Of a DNA stretch of 64,000 bases, positions 61,816 to 64,000 are shown piece after piece. The position numbers and the translations under genes were made by a program. Numbering within the stretch: position 1 is the first letter of the stretch; each line of letters starts with the position of its first letter. Location of the stretch: positions 1-64,000 of the forward strand of contig OZ244720.1 of assembly GCA_965219085.1 (NCBI GenBank), written 5' to 3'. The notes under the pieces were generated by a model. That model ran no database searches. It was not told where the DNA came from and saw only the letters and a program-made list of their open reading frames with translations. The stretch comes from Dehalococcoidia bacterium (GTDB lineage Bacteria; Chloroflexota; Dehalococcoidia; UBA2979).

Positions 61816-61890
61816 GCGACCTCGGCGGCTGGCCGCGCGACCGCCGAACCCGGTAGGCTGTTCGCACTCCCCCTGAGACGAGGATCGCGC

Positions 61891-62226
61891 GTGCCGGAAT
61901 CGACGCCACCCGCCGGCGCCCCCGTACCCTTCGAACGCGCCCTGACGCTGGTCGGCGAGCGGCTGCCCGCGCGGTACGTCTCGCGTACGCGCGAGCTCGC
62001 CGAGATCGCGTCGCGCGCCGTCGTCGTGGCGGCCGAGGCGGCCCTGCCGGTGCTCGGCCGCTCGATCGCCGTCGCCGTGGTCGCGTACACGGTCGAGCAG
62101 GCGCTGCGGGCCAGTCTCGGCACCTTCGTCGAGCGCCTGTTGACGCCCATGGATCGGGGCGGCTCGACGATCACCAAGACCGACATCACCGAGTGGATCA
62201 TCATCGAGCGGATCCGTCGCCGCTAG
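61891..62226 (+). CDS. Hypothetical protein
   Basis: ORF filling the gap in a co-oriented operon; GAGG upstream. Confidence 0.55.
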   Translation: MPESTPPAGAPVPFERALTLVGERLPARYVSRTRELAEIASRAVVVAAEAALPVLGRSIAVAVVAYTVEQALRASLGTFVERLLTPMDRGGSTITKTDITEWIIIERIRRR

Positions 62227-62239
62227 GCGGCAGGCGCAC

Positions 62240-63022
62240 GTGCCCACCGATCCCCCCACCGGCGCCGGCGGCGAACGCCTCCAGAAGATCCTCGCGCGAC
62301 GCGGCTACGGCAGCCGCCGCAAGTCCGAGGAGCTCATCCGCGCCGGCCGCGTCCACGTCGATGGCCGCCCGGCCACCGTCGGCCAGCGCGCCGACCCCTC
62401 GGCCCGCATCACCGTCGACGGCACATCGCTCGACGACGAACAGGCCTCGCTCACCCTCATGCTGCACAAGCCGCCCGATGTGATCGTCGCCGCCTCGGAC
62501 GACCGGGACCGGCAGACGGTCTTCGACCTGCTCGGCGATGTGCCGCCCGGGCTGCGCCACGTCGGACGCCTCGACCGTGACAGCGAGGGACTGCTGCTGC
62601 TCACCACCGACGGCGAGCTCGCGCACCGCGTCGCGCACCCGCGGTTCGAGGTCGCCAAGACCTACGAGGCGCTCGTGGAGGGCCGCCCGAGCGACGAAGC
62701 GCTGACGCAGCTCCGCGCGGGCATCGACCTCGACGACGGTCCGACACACCCCGCGGAGGCAGAGCGGCTACGCCGCGCAGACGACGGGTGGTGGGTGCAG
62801 CTCGTGCTGCACGAGGGCCGGAAACGGCAGGTGCGGCGCATGCTGGCCGCCGTCGGGCACCCCGTCCGCCGCCTGGTCCGCACGCGCCTCGGCCCGCTCG
62901 AACTCGGCGACCTGCCCGCCGGAGTGTCCCGTCCCCTGACCGACGGTGAGCTGGCCGAGTTGCGCGCGCTGTGCGGTCTCGACGCGCCGTCGGTAGACGC
63001 CGCCGAGCGCACGTTCCTATGA
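62240..63022 (+). CDS. rluB: rRNA pseudouridine synthase (RluB/RsuA family)
   Basis: RLQKILA S4 domain; VGRLDRDSEGLLLLT. Confidence 0.88.
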   Translation: MPTDPPTGAGGERLQKILARRGYGSRRKSEELIRAGRVHVDGRPATVGQRADPSARITVDGTSLDDEQASLTLMLHKPPDVIVAASDDRDRQTVFDLLGDVPPGLRHVGRLDRDSEGLLLLTTDGELAHRVAHPRFEVAKTYEALVEGRPSDEALTQLRAGIDLDDGPTHPAEAERLRRADDGWWVQLVLHEGRKRQVRRMLAAVGHPVRRLVRTRLGPLELGDLPAGVSRPLTDGELAELRALCGLDAPSVDAAERTFL

Positions 63023-63783
63023 TCGCGTCGCCACGAGGGGACGGCGCGGCGGTGGAGCACACGACCCCGACCGACGCACCGGAGTCCGAGGCAACCGCAG
63101 GCTCGATCGCGCGCAGTGTCGCCATCGACGGCCCCACCGCCTCGGGCAAGAGCGCCGTCGGCCGCGCGCTGGCGCGCCGCCTCGGCTACGGCTTCCTCGA
63201 CACCGGCCTGATGTACCGTGCCTGCACCCTCGCCGTCCTCGAATCGCCCGTGGATCCCGAGGACGAGGCGCCGGTCGCCGCGCTCGTGCGCGCGCTCGAC
63301 CTCGACGTGCAGTGGCCGGATCCCGAGACGCCGCGCGTGCTGATCGCGGGCGACGACGTGAGTGACCGGCTGCGCGAACCGGAGATCGAGGCGACCGTGT
63401 CGCTCATCTCGCGCGTCCCGGCGGTCCGCGACGAGCTCGTACGTCGCCAGCGAGCGTTTGCCGAGCGCACCCCGATCGTGATGGCCGGTCGCGACATCGG
63501 CACGCGCGTGCTCACCGGGGCGCGCACCAAGCTCTTTCTTGACGCCTCGCTCGAGGTGCGCGCCGCGCGCCGCCTCGCCGAGGAGCAGGCGGCGGGCCGC
63601 GGCAGCGACCTCGGCCGCGTGAGCGCGGAGACGAACCGCCGCGACAACCTGGACTCGACGGGGAAGCGCGCGATCCGCCCCGAGCAGGCCGCGCCCGACG
63701 CGGTGGTGATCGACACAGACGATCTCGGCGTGGACGGCGTCGTGGCCCGCGCCATCGAGGCATACGAACGGGCGAACGCGTGA
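63019..63783 (+). CDS. cmk: Cytidylate kinase
   Basis: IDGPTASGKS, LDTGLMYR, GRDIGT. Confidence 0.94.
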   Translation: MIASPRGDGAAVEHTTPTDAPESEATAGSIARSVAIDGPTASGKSAVGRALARRLGYGFLDTGLMYRACTLAVLESPVDPEDEAPVAALVRALDLDVQWPDPETPRVLIAGDDVSDRLREPEIEATVSLISRVPAVRDELVRRQRAFAERTPIVMAGRDIGTRVLTGARTKLFLDASLEVRAARRLAEEQAAGRGSDLGRVSAETNRRDNLDSTGKRAIRPEQAAPDAVVIDTDDLGVDGVVARAIEAYERANA

Positions 63784-64000
63784 AGCGTATCTGGGACTTC
63801 TGGTCGGCCGCGTTCTACGGCTTCAGCGGCGTGACGGTACTGCTGCTGCTGCGGCTCATCGGCAGCGTCGAGATCGCCAACGCCGACCGCGTCCCCCGCG
63901 AGGGCGGGGTGATGATCGTCGCGAACCATGTCACCCTGATAGACCCGCTGCTGGTATGCGCCACCGCGCCACGGCGACTGCGACCGATCGCGAAGCGCGA
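63780..64000 (+). CDS. plsC: Lysophospholipid acyltransferase (partial, runs off window end)
   Basis: Manual translation ...VPREGGVMIVANHVTLIDP (NHxxxxD); GTGA overlap with cmk. Confidence 0.8.
   Translation, partial: MKRIWDFWSAAFYGFSGVTVLLLLRLIGSVEIANADRVPREGGVMIVANHVTLIDPLLVCATAPRRLRPIAKR

Overview
High-GC bacterial chromosome segment, most likely a Chloroflexota/Dehalococcoidia-like (SAR202/Tepidiformales-type) organism. This placement is inferred from the Dehalococcoidia-style PurN, the large SRP RNA and a baseplate-J-like gene between alaS and ruvX. The backbone is housekeeping: ispE-rsmA, large SRP RNA, fabV, lepA, oppDF, three tRNAs, thrS-accC-accB-infC-rpmI-rplT, pheS/pheT, moeA, aroKB/aroC/aroE, mltG, ruvX, alaS, glmU, dprA-topA-xerC, aroQ, pepP, efp, xseAB, purN, rluB, cmk, plsC. 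Small accessory cassettes are scattered between these genes: a partly inactivated type IIG-like RM gene, five toxin-antitoxin loci, a TIR protein, a TIGR02391-like protein, IS5 and two paralogous secreted beta-propeller proteins. The most striking pattern is that four separate cassettes are each bracketed by an intact gene terminus on one side and a diverged duplicate of the same terminus on the other (5' end of a hypothetical gene, 3' end of fabV, 3' part of pheT, 5' end of pheS). The fabV and pheT copies differ largely at synonymous sites, and no integrase is adjacent to any of them. This suggests a recurring integrase-independent 'additive allelic integration' route for gaining cargo. All calls come from reading the sequence; no database searches were run.
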